From Tubiluchus corallicola (Eukaryota > Animalia > Priapulida): a DNA stretch of 64,000 nt. Both the position numbers and the translations under genes were made by a program. Positions 52,806-64,000 of the stretch are shown here, one piece after another. Below the pieces are notes generated by a model. It had not been told where the DNA came from. It searched no databases and saw only the letters and a list, made by a program, of their open reading frames with translations. The stretch lies in NCBI GenBank assembly GCA_030141605.1, contig JAQGDQ010000003.1:186001-250000 (forward strand). The letters run 5' to 3'. The number at the start of each line of letters is the position of its first letter. Positions within the stretch are counted from its first letter, which is position 1.

Positions 52806-53160
52806 GAATATTTGAATTTGAATATGAATTTAACTTTTTATTTCGCACTCAAAGTATATAGTACAATACATACAATCACGCACAAATCATGAATACTATT
52901 TACAAACATACACTAATTTTGGATGGATAACACTAATTTTTTTATAACCTAATGCCATACAAAAAAAATAATTTTAAATAGCAATCATGTATTTAAGATG
53001 GATCGCCATTTAGCACGTATGATTGACGTCACTATTACATAGCAGCTTCACAATAGTATTACTACTATTCGTCATCCATATATATAGGGTAAACACAAAT
53101 TTTCCTCTAACAAAATCAAAGTTTTTGAAATTGTAGAAGATACATAACTTGCACGATTTT

Positions 53161-53350
53161 CTGACTGACTGACTGACTGACTGACTGACTGACTGACTGA
53201 CTGACTGACTGACTGACTGACTGACTGACTGACTGACTGACTGACTGACTGACTGACTGACTGACTGACTGACTGACTGACTGACTGACTGATTGAGACT
53301 GACTAACTGACTGACTGACTGATTGAGACTGACTAACTGACTGACTGACT
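53161..53350. repeat. (GACT)n microsatellite of about 190 bp with a duplicated variant block
   Basis: Direct observation; gattgagactgactaact occurs twice, 30 bp apart. Confidence 0.95.
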
Positions 53351-54000
53351 ATAACCTAGACTATAAACATTAAGAACAAATTAAGTAATTTTGATGAAAT
53401 CAGCAATGTGTTAACAAAAAATTACCATTAGACGCTGGAAATAGATTCTCTCGGAGAAAGCTTTTCCTTGTTAAAGGCTAAATTGGATTTGCATTTAAGC
53501 AAATTGCTTTTTCTTTCAAGTTTTGTGAGCTCGCTGTGACCAGACTTCACCAAGTTTGAAAATATAATAGTTTCACTGATGAGTTTCATAATAACATGGA
53601 AATGAGAAAAGTAATTGAAAAACCGATAGGCGAATTATTACAGCTTTGATAACTGTGGATTAATAACACGCAGGCCCGTGAAAGTAGTGACGAATATCAA
53701 CAATTTTTCCTAAATTGATTGCGGCGTATTGACGAAAATAATTATGGCAATGACTGCGACAACCGTTTAAGAGCAGCAGCAGCAACGACAACGCCATTAT
53801 GCCAGCATTCCTTCTTCAACTGTTATCAATAATAACTACATATCAACAATGCGCTGCTGTCACTTCTAATAATGCAATTTCAGCATGAAATTAAAACAGC
53901 AAATTACATGCTTAATTTTCATACTTCAATAAGATAAAATAAAATATGCAATGAACCGATGACGGTGATAATGATGATCATAACTGTAGAGGACATTTTT

Positions 54001-54225
54001 TAATGATAGTGATGATGATGATAATGATGATGATGACGACGACGACGACAAGAGGAACGATAATGACGATGATGACGATGTTGACAACGACAACGATGAT
54101 GATGGTGGTGGTAGTGGTGATGATAATGAATATGATGACAATGATGATGATGTTTTTGTAGCAGTGGCAGAGGCAGTAGTGTTAATAGTGTTGGTAGTGG
54201 TAGTGTTGGAGGTGTTGGTGGTAAG
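54001..54225. repeat. Degenerate (GAT/GAC/GGT)n trinucleotide tract
   Basis: Direct observation. Confidence 0.85.
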
Positions 54226-54691
54226 TTGGTAACATTAGGCTCAGTTTCGTCTTCATTAATGTGCACTTAACCTGTCGCGTCAAAGCATTGTGACACTACA
54301 CCGTAAGTCATAATTGAAAATTTTATCAGGCCATTTGATGCATATTAGCTCATCATCTTCCTGCGCGAATGGAGCAGCATCTTTGAAAAACACCGAATTT
54401 CGATTTTAAGGAGAAGTTACTGTTTTAAAAAAATATGAAATTTGAGTTAACATAAAACAGGTTTCTAGCTAGCTAAATCCGTAACACTTGTAAAATTGTT
54501 TTTGTGGACTATTACTAATCACATTGGGCTAGTAGATAAGACGTTAGTTCTGATTCTCTAGCATAACTGATTCCAATCAAAGAAAGTTTATAGTTTTTTA
54601 CTTTCTCTTCAGTCACTGGTATTTCTGATATTAGGCGTATTTAATGTGCTAATTAATAATCGAGAAATTGATACTGTAATATTATGTAATA

Positions 54692-54694
54692 TTT

Positions 54695-54725
<31 letters not shown>

Positions 54726-56050
54726 CTTTGATTGATTGATTTAATTTAGCCATAACAAAATAGGAAAAATGATACAACAGAATAAATTGGCCAGAGAGAC
54801 CTGTATAAGGTGAAAAGACCACCGCATAACGCACCGGCCGCCCAAAGTAAGATGACTTATTTATTTATATTTCTACCACTATAATAACTTGTGACTTGTC
54901 AATGTATAGCATCATAATATGTGAATAAAGATAATATACGTTGCAGAGTGACATGGTAAATGTAGATAATAATGAAACGTGAGACCATAACATTGTCTTA
55001 TAAGCATTGTCACACAAAGGAAAAAGCATGCCAGTCCAACAGTCACGTCTTTTACAAAAAATAGCAAACCTAAAACAAAATTACGAACGCATTTATAATA
55101 TGTGAAGAGTACAGTTCACACGCATAACAATTAATACTATTACAGGAGAAAGAATGCGTGTCCAAAAAGAAATTTTTACTATACTTGGAAAGAACGAGTG
55201 AAAACCTTATTAATGATTAACTGTGCAGAACTGGATACAAGTGCATAAATAATATGCTTAAGTGGTCCTTCAGCAAACACATGTTCATGAACACGTGGAC
55301 GTATATCATCTTTATAACGAGTATTATACGCAAGGAAATGTGAACCGCTAATAACAGGTATAGAGTTTCAATAAGCATGGAGTACATAATTACATAAATC
55401 AAAATAAAATGTCAACTGTTTCATAGTTACAACATGCTGCAGTTTAAGTAGACACAACCTTTTATAAATTTTTTCAGAATGCGCTAAGTACTTTGCACCA
55501 GATACTATGCGTGTAGCTTTTTTCTGTGATTTAGTTAATCAGTTGTCATTTCGGGTATAACTCTGTCCTGAATTCAATAAAATGAATGACGATATCAGTT
55601 TGCTTTCGGCATTAGTAAAGTATGGTACAGAATAAGGACCTTAAAGGATAGTGTATGTTTAAGCATGTTCATTATTCCTATGGCTCGTGAAATTTTACAG
55701 GCCAAACCTTGAATCTGATTATTCCAGGTCAACTGCTCATTTAAAAGAAGTCCAAGAACGGAAAATGTTTTGATTCGCTCTAGCGCAATACCTTCAGTAG
55801 ACAAATTCAATGATAATTCCGAGAGAAAACCCTGGAAAACCATAAATTTAGTCCTAGCAACACTAAGAGACAGCTTGATTGCTTTTAATCGGTTACTAAT
55901 AAGCGTAAGTTGAAGTTGAACAGTAACTTGAGGTGAGATAATTTCTGAATTGCTACCAAATTGATCCAAATCAGTTAATAAAGATGTGTAATCTGCATAC
56001 ATTTTTTTACAATTAATCCAGGGCAAATCGTTAAAACATATGATGAAAAT
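54692..56050 (-). mobile_element. 5'-truncated, decayed CR1/Crack-like LINE with (AATA/CAAT)n tail
   Basis: ORF 55595-56026: MYADYTSLL (from YADDT), RTKFMVF, FSVLGLLLNEQLTWNNQI, KISRAIGIM, LYHTLLMP; KAQKKATRIV-like remnant near 55520; simple-repeat tail at 54692-54742. Confidence 0.8.
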
Positions 56051-56329
56051 CTATAATGTTCGACAGCTTTTAACCACAATGATGTTTTCCACAACGGCGA
56101 TTATGTTTCACAGTAACATATCTTTTGTTGTTTTGTCAATTAGCAGCAAATCTTCTTTCTGATTCCGTTAAGGATGAAAGAAAAGTAGATGATTACCATG
56201 TGACGAGAAATCAATATTGGGATCTTTTCAACTGGAACAAATACTAGAATCTAGCGAGCATGTAATTCGGTAATTTCGCAAAACGAAAGAAAATCGGCGC
56301 TTTTAAAGATTTTATGTTTACAATCTTTC

Positions 56330-57200
56330 ATGTATTCAGCTGTTTTCTAGTTTGCCTATTTAATGTTAGCAAGTTTGTATTACGTTTGAAGTTTATTCTT
56401 TCGTTCATTCAATTATTCATTGATTGCCCTTCTTTCTATACATTCACGGAACTCTCTCACATTCTTCATTCAGCAAAAAATGCCCTTCAATTACTCACGA
56501 GCAGAATCTGTATCTTCGATTTTCGCTCACTCATTGCCAAAAAATTGCTCTTTATTCTTTGTCAGGAGAAGACAGCTCACCAATAGAACTTACTTACCAA
56601 AAGAATGTCTCCTTTCTTCGGTCAATCAACAACACTGTCTTTTATTCATTCGCTGGTAAAGTTCGTCCCTTAATTCCCATCAACAGAATTTTTCTTCGGT
56701 GACTCATGGTAGCAAGTATTTGTTTTACGCACAATCCAGCTTAGCTACGAAATCTGCTTCCTTAATCGTTCATCAGGAAGATCTGCTTTTTTACTCACAG
56801 GGTCTAACCCAAACAGAATCTGTCTACTCTCTAGTTATCAACTAACTCACTGGCTAGCCATTAGCATGCGTTTTCTTTGCTCATAGAATCTTTCTCAGAC
56901 TCATAGAATCTGTTTCTCACATTCTTCAGACTAGCTCTTCACCTATAACTTATTTTCGCTAACAGAAAAACTCTTTTCGCTCTCAAACCACGATTTTTTA
57001 CTCGCCGGAAGAACCTATCCGCCGTTTATTCACCAACAAAATCTGCCTGGTCATTTACTCATCATCAAAATAATTATGCTTCTTCTATCATCCTTCGGCA
57101 GAATTTGCCTTTTCACTTGAACAGTAACACACTCTTCCTCTTCAATCACCACGCCAACCTATTTGTTTTTTCTTTAACTGGCACTTGTTTTTCTCTGTAT
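56330..57200. repeat. Degenerate pyrimidine-rich modular repeat tract
   Basis: Recurrent cagaatct / ttcgctcac / tactca motifs. Confidence 0.5.
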
Positions 57201-58710
57201 GCACCATCCAGTACAATCAGTGCCTACGTTAGTACTTAGCACCCATGGAATAATCAATAATCCTCAGTCAATATTAGGCACTGGTGATAACTAATAATTA
57301 TGTAACTAATTTCAACTAAAGCAAATCTTCCAATACGTTAACAAAAATCAATACCATTTCTTGCAACTCTTGTAGGTACAAGCTAACTTCCGCTCTTGCT
57401 AAGCCAATCGGCAAGTCATAACGGTAGCTTAATACCCCAAAGACTGGCGTTATTTAACCAGCTATGCATTTCTTAGTTCCTGTTCATTTACGATTCTGGA
57501 ACAACAACTCACTAGCGGCTAGTAGATTGCAGACCGCCACGCAATTGAGTGCAACACCGGATAAGGCACCGTCTGTGACGAATTAAGGCAAGCGCCGTTT
57601 ACGAATATGTCAAATAATTGCGCATTCAAATGGATGTCTCAGTGTTTGGCGTATAATTGAGCCAGGATTATTGTAGCTATATGTAGCCTCGCATAAATAG
57701 TTTTAAAGCCAGTGGCCTGGTTCGATCGTTAATAATAAGAAAGTCCGCATTAATGTGACAGATAAAAATGTGATTATTCAGGTTTGTAGGCTTCTGCGGA
57801 ATTAATACTTGTGCGCGAGGGAAATATAGGACGTACTAGAATGCAGGGAATGCACTATTTCCGATCGTTGAGCTGCTAAAAATTTCCATAACGGTGATTA
57901 TTTTTACAGGTCGATTCTGTTCTGGTAGAATGAGAATTTCATTGAAGAAAAATGCGAATTCAAAACGCAATTAGAAAGATGCCGTTTAACGTCAACTAAA
58001 AACATTCTCCGCGTTGGTGACTGCGTAAGAAAACTGCTTTGCAATCTTCACGATAGAATTGCCAATAGTAATCAGCAAGGACGAATTCGCAATCTTTGCA
58101 AAATCGTTTTAACTCGAGAAAGTGAAAATATTGCATTTTTCTACGTACACGTCTGACAAATGACCACTGAATGTCTGAATGTAATTACACTTTCGCAGTG
58201 TAGAACAGAAAGTGTGATTATACTCATCACCTATACAAAGGGTTTTAGATTTATATTCGCTTTTTTGTCAGTTCGCAGCATCTTTTAAACTGTTTTTCTA
58301 ACGCCAGTGGGAAATAAATATTTCACAGATTTCTGTTACAAGTGGGAAGTACTGTCATTTTCAATTATTACTGTTAGCAGTAGAATACTAAAAATGTTAC
58401 GTGGGCAATGCGCGCATTATTGATTATCACTAATCGGGCAGCATCACTGGCTGATAGTGTTGCGACCAAATCTAGTCCAAGTTTTTGTACATGTGGCACA
58501 GTAAAGTAAGTAACCAGGTTTACAAATGCTAACTATAGTGTTATTGGTAAATGTCTTCTCAGCTACTGCGTAACTATATAAGCTTTTCGCACGTACGTAA
58601 TATCACAATAGTTGCAAACCAAGGGAGCTTTGCGTGATGCTTATTAGCAAAATATTTCGAGTCGATAGCGACCCCCGCGCAAAAAAGATATCACTTTCAC
58701 AACAGTTAAA

Positions 58711-58756
58711 CCAGGACTTGAACCTAGAACCTAGCAAGCTTTACCATTTAGCTACT
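58711..58756 (-). repeat. tRNA-like remnant
   Basis: - strand TAGCTAAATGG (A box) and GGTTCAAGTCC (B box) with most of the anticodon arm missing. Confidence 0.4.
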
Positions 58757-58787
58757 GGATTCTCGATTAATATAACACACTCAGAGA

Positions 58788-58835
58788 CACACGCACGCAC
58801 ACCCTCGCAAACACACGCACACACTCACGCACACA

Positions 58836-58891
<56 letters not shown>
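58788..58891. repeat. (CA)n microsatellite
   Basis: Direct observation. Confidence 0.95.
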
Positions 58892-58892
<1 letters not shown>

Positions 58893-59277
58893 CTGAAAAT
58901 GAAAATATTTTACCCAAATTAAGCTTTACACGATCTGCTATTCTTCCACGGTATCTCTGACAACTCAGCAGTCAGCCGTCGTCGTAAGAAGAAGCTACCA
59001 ACGCTGCTTTTATTTGTTTTGTGATTCGCGCAAGATTCATGTAAAACCCTTATCTAGTAAAACTATCAAGCACCAAGGTTTAACCGAACTTTGTCAATCA
59101 CATTAGTCAGTCTTTAACTTTAATCCATTTTGTCATGTAAGATTAGGTACGATAATATCGTTACTGGAAATTATTTCATTAAGGCGAAATAAATAAAGTG
59201 ATATTCAAATGCTGTAGCGGAATGCGTACAGATTTTCGCAGATTCTAGCAAGTAGCAGCTGCCGATTATGATTTAAT

Positions 59278-59735
59278 TAAAACACAAGAAAACCCTCCAC
59301 TTACATAAAGCTTAAAAAATTCGTCTTGCATACTGCCTTTTTGCATGCAGGACTTCAATAGGCAGTCACGCTGTATAAAACATGTAAATTTAAACTCCCG
59401 CGATGACTGTTAGACGCCGCCATTTTGACAACAGATTATTTGAAACAAGTTTAGATAACACTGAATAAAGTTTGAAAAAATAATCAGAGCATTCGTAGCA
59501 CACACATCACTAACTAAGTAAAATTTTAAATTACTGTATCTTGTCAATAAGATTAAAAATACATTTTTGGTTAGTGAGTGGTGCACCATGAAGCGGGAGT
59601 TAGCGATATTTTGCCAATTGGTGAAAACATTTTAAATAATTGAAAATTTTCTTTTCTAGTTACATAAGTCTTTCTAGCAGGTAAGCGAAAAGCTAAGTAA
59701 TATAGATTTGCATGGAAAGTTTTTTGGGACATAAT
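59278..59735 (+). mobile_element. Family B element copy (3' end lost)
   Basis: Starts ttaa|aacacaagaaaaccc; homologous to the 30.6 and 42.6 kb copies. Confidence 0.75.
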
Positions 59736-60039
59736 GGCGCTGTCGGAACAGTATTACGGGAGATTTAAAATGAAGACAAACAAAAATTCCTTTCAATGCG
59801 AGTACGATATACACATAAAATTGCTACAAAATAATATATTTTTAAGGCGATTTTTTTGAAATTTACTTCAGATACCATTTTCTTGTCCTTTAGCGAGAAC
59901 TAAATTTTGACTTTTGCGGCTAGACCACATTTATGTAGATGTTATTGGTTGTGGCTGTTTCTAAATTCGATTATTTACGATTCTTAAACCCAAAGTTTCA
60001 TTTGGCTAAGATGAGCTGTCAACGAATAAAGTAAATAAA

Positions 60040-60176
60040 GTAACAGGTAAACAATCGCAAGTAAAAAGTCACTGGAAAATGTTACAGGAACTAAAAATAA
60101 CGCTAACCCGATCCCTAGCCAAAATTATTTGTGACTTGTTCTCGTGACTTTTCCTGTAACTTTATTACCGGTCACC
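60040..60176. mobile_element. Second copy of the foldback element with telomere-like core
   Basis: gtaacaggtaa ... ccctagccaaaatt ... ttattaccggtcac, homologous to 12855-13029. Confidence 0.65.
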
Positions 60177-60403
60177 AAGAAAAGCATTAATTGCTGCAAA
60201 AGTACTGTCCACGACGACCCAAGGAAAATCAAGAACATCTTGCATTCACGTAACTGTTTTCACTCACAATAGATAATCAGTAATTTCAGTTATTATTTAT
60301 TTATCAACCACGAGAAAATGACGTTATTTTTGATGCACAAATCAGACGCATAAAGACATAATAACTTACTATCTGCACTGACATGGCGAAAATTGATGTT
60401 ATA

Positions 60404-60430
60404 GCGTGTCGCACGCACCCGTATTACTAG
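60404..60430 (+). mobile_element. Helitron-like 3' terminus
   Basis: Hairpin GCGTG-tcg-CACGC, 10-nt spacer, CTAG, then T. Confidence 0.45.
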
Positions 60431-61393
60431 TAAGTCACCTTTACGTTTTGCTTTTATAAGAATTATTTTAATCTTGAGCAGTACATTTATTATACGTTAC
60501 AAATGGTCGCCAATCAGTTTCTTTGTCGTTGTAAGGGTCCTACTTTTTTTCTAATTATACCTGCCTTAATTGTGTTTGAGCATTTCCTTTTTTGACGTTT
60601 TTGTGACGAAGTTTCTACTCTGTCTAAAATTCTGTTCTCGGTGTAAGCTTTTTGATGATCAGTTGCAAAACGTCGATAATTTGAAAAGATCTTCATCTCA
60701 ATATTGCAGCTGGTAATTAAAACGTAATTAATTAATAATTAACGCAGCAACGTTACTGAGTGCAATTAAAACAACTGAACAGCATCGTTTCTTATATATA
60801 TATATATATATCGTAAGACCACTTGAAGTATATCGCAGTAATATAAAATCGTAAAATTAGTGTAAGCATTAATTACAATTTTCAAATATACATCTCAATT
60901 TATTTCACCTGTTGGATAATAACAATTGCAAAGTTAGAAGGAATTCAAAGAATACTGTCCAATAAACAAAATTACTGACAATTAATCGTCATTATTCTAC
61001 ACTTGTGTGTGTTGCAAAACCCACCTATTCAAGGGAAAAGTATCAATAGTTTCTACAAGAGAGCAGATGGAACCTCTCTGACTGAGAAACACATAACGCA
61101 CACACACATTCAACAGTTTGCGAAAAACAGCAATTGCTGCATATTTTGTGGTGGAATCCTGCACAGAACATTGAGAAACAACGTTACGACTGGTATAACT
61201 AGGCTCTTACCAAAGAAACGTTATTTCACACGGATAACCCTTCGATGTTACATGCATTTTGCTAGTTAGGTTTAGATGGACACTAATAGAATCAAGTTAT
61301 TCTCTTAAGATATCTTGTTGTAATAGAATCACGTTTCCTAAAATTGCTTTCTGACAGATCTTCCAAAAAAATCTTAACTGCGTAAGTCGATAA

Positions 61394-62101
61394 AAGCCAT
61401 TTAGCACGTTGGGTTTATTTGACTGTTATCACTTAAACTTAGAAAAATATAACAAAGAATTTTGCAAAAAAAACTCTATAAAACATTAATTTATACTACC
61501 GCTGCATAGAAATTTTCAAACGCCGTGATAGCCCCCGTTCACTTGAAAATGACCTAACTGGTGGTCGTCGTAAGTGCACCGTGGTTCTCCACAAGCGCGC
61601 TACTTCAACTAATTGAAAGTTCTCCTGCTTAAGTAATGTTCATACATAAAATATCACGAAATTACCTGTCTAGTTACTTTAAAAACTTATTATACTTTTG
61701 ACGGAAATTGATAGTTCGCTGCTTTTCTTCAGTCGACGAACGACATCCCTGGTGGAAGAATGGTCGTTCACCTAGAGTGAAAAGATCGCTACTTTAAAGC
61801 GATTTTATTAATTACACAAGGCGCTTCTCACAGTTTTATTACTAAATCCTTCTAACGTTTTTCGTGTGCATTGAAATAAACCAAACTTCCCAAAAAGCTT
61901 GCATTTCCTTTAACACAGTTTATTGACAATGTAAAGTAATGTAAAAGTTGGGAGCACCCTAGAGTGAAAAGATCGCTAATTTAAAGCGATTTTACTAATT
62001 ACACAAGGCGCTTCTCACAGCTTTATTACGAAATTCTTCTAACGTTTTTCGTGTGCATTGAAATAAGCCTAACTTATCAGAAAGCTTGGCCTTTCCTTTA
62101 A
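61394..62101 (+). mobile_element. Family A Kolobok-like element with duplicated right end
   Basis: Homologous to 8159-8578 and 33306-33583; ends gcttggcctttcct|ttaa; 187-bp direct duplication. Confidence 0.75.
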
Positions 62102-62260
62102 CAGAATTCATTGACAATGTAAAGTAATGTAAAAGTTGTTGCTAAAGAAAACTGTGTTATAACACCAAGATATTCGAAAAATGACACGATTTGCAATGGC
62201 TTGTTACCGTATGTTAAAACTGTTCCTTTATACAGGAAGACCTCTATTCCGAAATTTTAT

Positions 62261-62460
62261 GGGTAGGATGACCGAATGATCTAGATTTCGGACTACAACC
62301 ACGCAGTCTTGAGTTCGAATCTAGCGGCTGCAAACACCAGGGCATATATCCTACATGTTATTCGCTGTTCGTGTGTTGCGTCCTGTATTGTTGTATGTGT
62401 AAGTCCCTAAATAGTTATTAATGCTAATGTCGTTTGTTAAATGAGCGATGGTAAATAAAT
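62261..62460 (+). mobile_element. tRNA-derived SINE remnant
   Basis: A-box-like gatgaccgaatga and B-box gagttcgaatct (62311-62322). Confidence 0.45.
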
Positions 62461-63926
62461 GTTGTCTTTCTCAGCACTTTTGATTTTTCCTGATTGTAAG
62501 TCCTTTCAAAACACAAATCTATTGTAAGTCCTTTCTAAAGCCACAGTTCAATTATAACAACCAGCATTATTTTGTGTAAGTTGTACCGCGACATTGTTAG
62601 GTCTAAATTGTCTTTTTGCGTTTTGCTGGATTTAGAATTATTACTGCGTCAGTCACGTTTCTTGCTCGTCAAGCAGCAAATTTGAGTACAAAATTGTTAG
62701 TTTAGTAAATTTTACCGTTCCGTGATGAAGCCTGAAGTCTTCAAAGAGTTCACATGATTGAACTGTGGCAGGTCTTTCCAGATCCAATCATGGAAACTCG
62801 GTAGCTAAAAACTGACAAAAGTGCAATAAATTGCGCTTGCAGATTTTGATTTGGTGCCCCGCCAAATGCATATTTGTACAAAACTATTTTTGTATGTTTT
62901 TCACGTTTCCAAGATGCCGTCAATGATTTCGGGGGCCGATTCAGGCACTGAGCGAAAAAGAAACGATTTGAAAATGATTGCTAATGATAGGGCTAAAACA
63001 AAACAACAAACGTAGCGGTATTTCAGTGTGGAACAAGAAATAAAAAAGCAGTAAAAGACAAATGAAGAAGACAAACTTGAAACAAAATACTGCAAAGCCG
63101 GGAAGCAGGCATAAGCTACGGCTAATTTGCACTTTCAAAACGCGCCTCTTGCGATGGAGTTTGTACAAATGATGTAATGCGACCTTTTTCAACATTTTTT
63201 GTGTATATGTGCCTATTTTTGCGGCCGACCATTAGAGAGCGATATATGGTCTTACTATGGACTATATGATTATAGGGCTATTACGTGTATACGGTTACTC
63301 TAGCGTCAACCACACATTTTTGCTTAAATTTCGAAAATGCGCAAAGAAACCCAATATGACCCTAAAATACAATGCACACCATTTAACTAGCGTTTTCGTG
63401 TTATTTAAACCAACGATTTACGGTAAGCTCTTTGTTTGATAAATTATTTCAGTAAACAAGGTTGAACTAAACGTGCAAGCAATTTTGTGTGCCATTGCTT
63501 CGTAACAAAACATATGTGCTCACGATCCACGGCCATTTCGAAATCTCTCAGTCTCTAATTTATTGCGCAACAAATCAAACAAGTTAAAACATTTTTTGTC
63601 CTGATGGGATGCATGGATCAACCGTTTCCCACTATTAAAAATTTGTGTCTAAAATTAAAAACATCATCGCCATGCGTAACAAAACAGGTTAATTATCAGC
63701 GATCAACGTCGTAAATATTTTTACACATGTAACATATTGTGCTGACAGCCTGTCAGGTAGAAACCTGTAACGGAGGCTACTTTGTGGGGTGAACATAAGG
63801 AATTGATAGAAAACAGCAAAAACTTCTGGTTTCTATGCTTCCTATAATTAATCTTCTCACTACTAATGGAAGCTAGAGATGAGTCGCCGAAGTCGTACGC
63901 TTCGATCAATGCCAACTCTCGTTTAG

Positions 63927-64000
63927 TTAAAGGAAAGGCCCTGTCTTCAGAGTATTTCAATGTTCAAGAAAAATGTTAGAAGAATTTGACAAAAGAATGT
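63927..64000 (-). mobile_element. Family A element end, running off the window
   Basis: ttaa|aggaaaggcc ... tatttcaatg ... aaaaatgttagaagaattt, the reverse complement of the family A right end. Confidence 0.65.

Noticed and set aside
53577-53615. CTGATGAG...GAAA motif
   Set aside because: No consistent stem II closure or cleavage triplet
53926-54266. Ser-rich and His-rich ORFs
   Set aside because: Translations of the (GAT)n-type tract; no splice or homology support
58634-58960. 108-aa ORF with HT repeats
   Set aside because: Artefact of (CA)n plus a tRNA-like remnant
46245-62330. Functional tRNA genes at 46.3, 48.8, 58.7 and 62.3 kb
   Set aside because: A/B boxes are present but there are no paired acceptor and anticodon stems; treated as SINE heads
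62560-63425. Possible transposase remnant ending ...atttacggta
   Set aside because: No diagnostic DDE or HTH motif could be read and no clearly matching left TIR

Overview
AT-rich, intron-containing animal (invertebrate) genomic DNA; the species cannot be fixed from sequence. Genes were assembled by hand from GT-AG sites and reading phase. (1) The last three exons of an unidentified + strand gene (1-405). (2) A complete follistatin-like 1 gene on the - strand (CDS 21673->2102, 12 coding exons, about 341 aa, including an inferred 7-nt microexon). (3) A complete SLC37A1/A2-type sugar-phosphate exchanger on the + strand (CDS 26317->40395), probably head-to-head with FSTL1. (4) Between them, a decayed, intronless sequence of about 1.84 kb encoding three TIR-like domains and ending in a CaaX box (22961-24801). 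Introns and the gene-free right third contain LINE fragments (L2/Crack, RTE, CR1-like), tRNA-derived SINEs, TA- and TTAA-flanked MITEs, Helitron-like ends and microsatellites. A 231-bp palindrome in an FSTL1 intron carries Penelope-type minimal hammerhead ribozyme motifs in both arms. The most notable items are the multi-TIR/CaaX pseudogene, the hammerhead palindrome, two microexons, and FSTL1's canonical EF-hands and polybasic tail.
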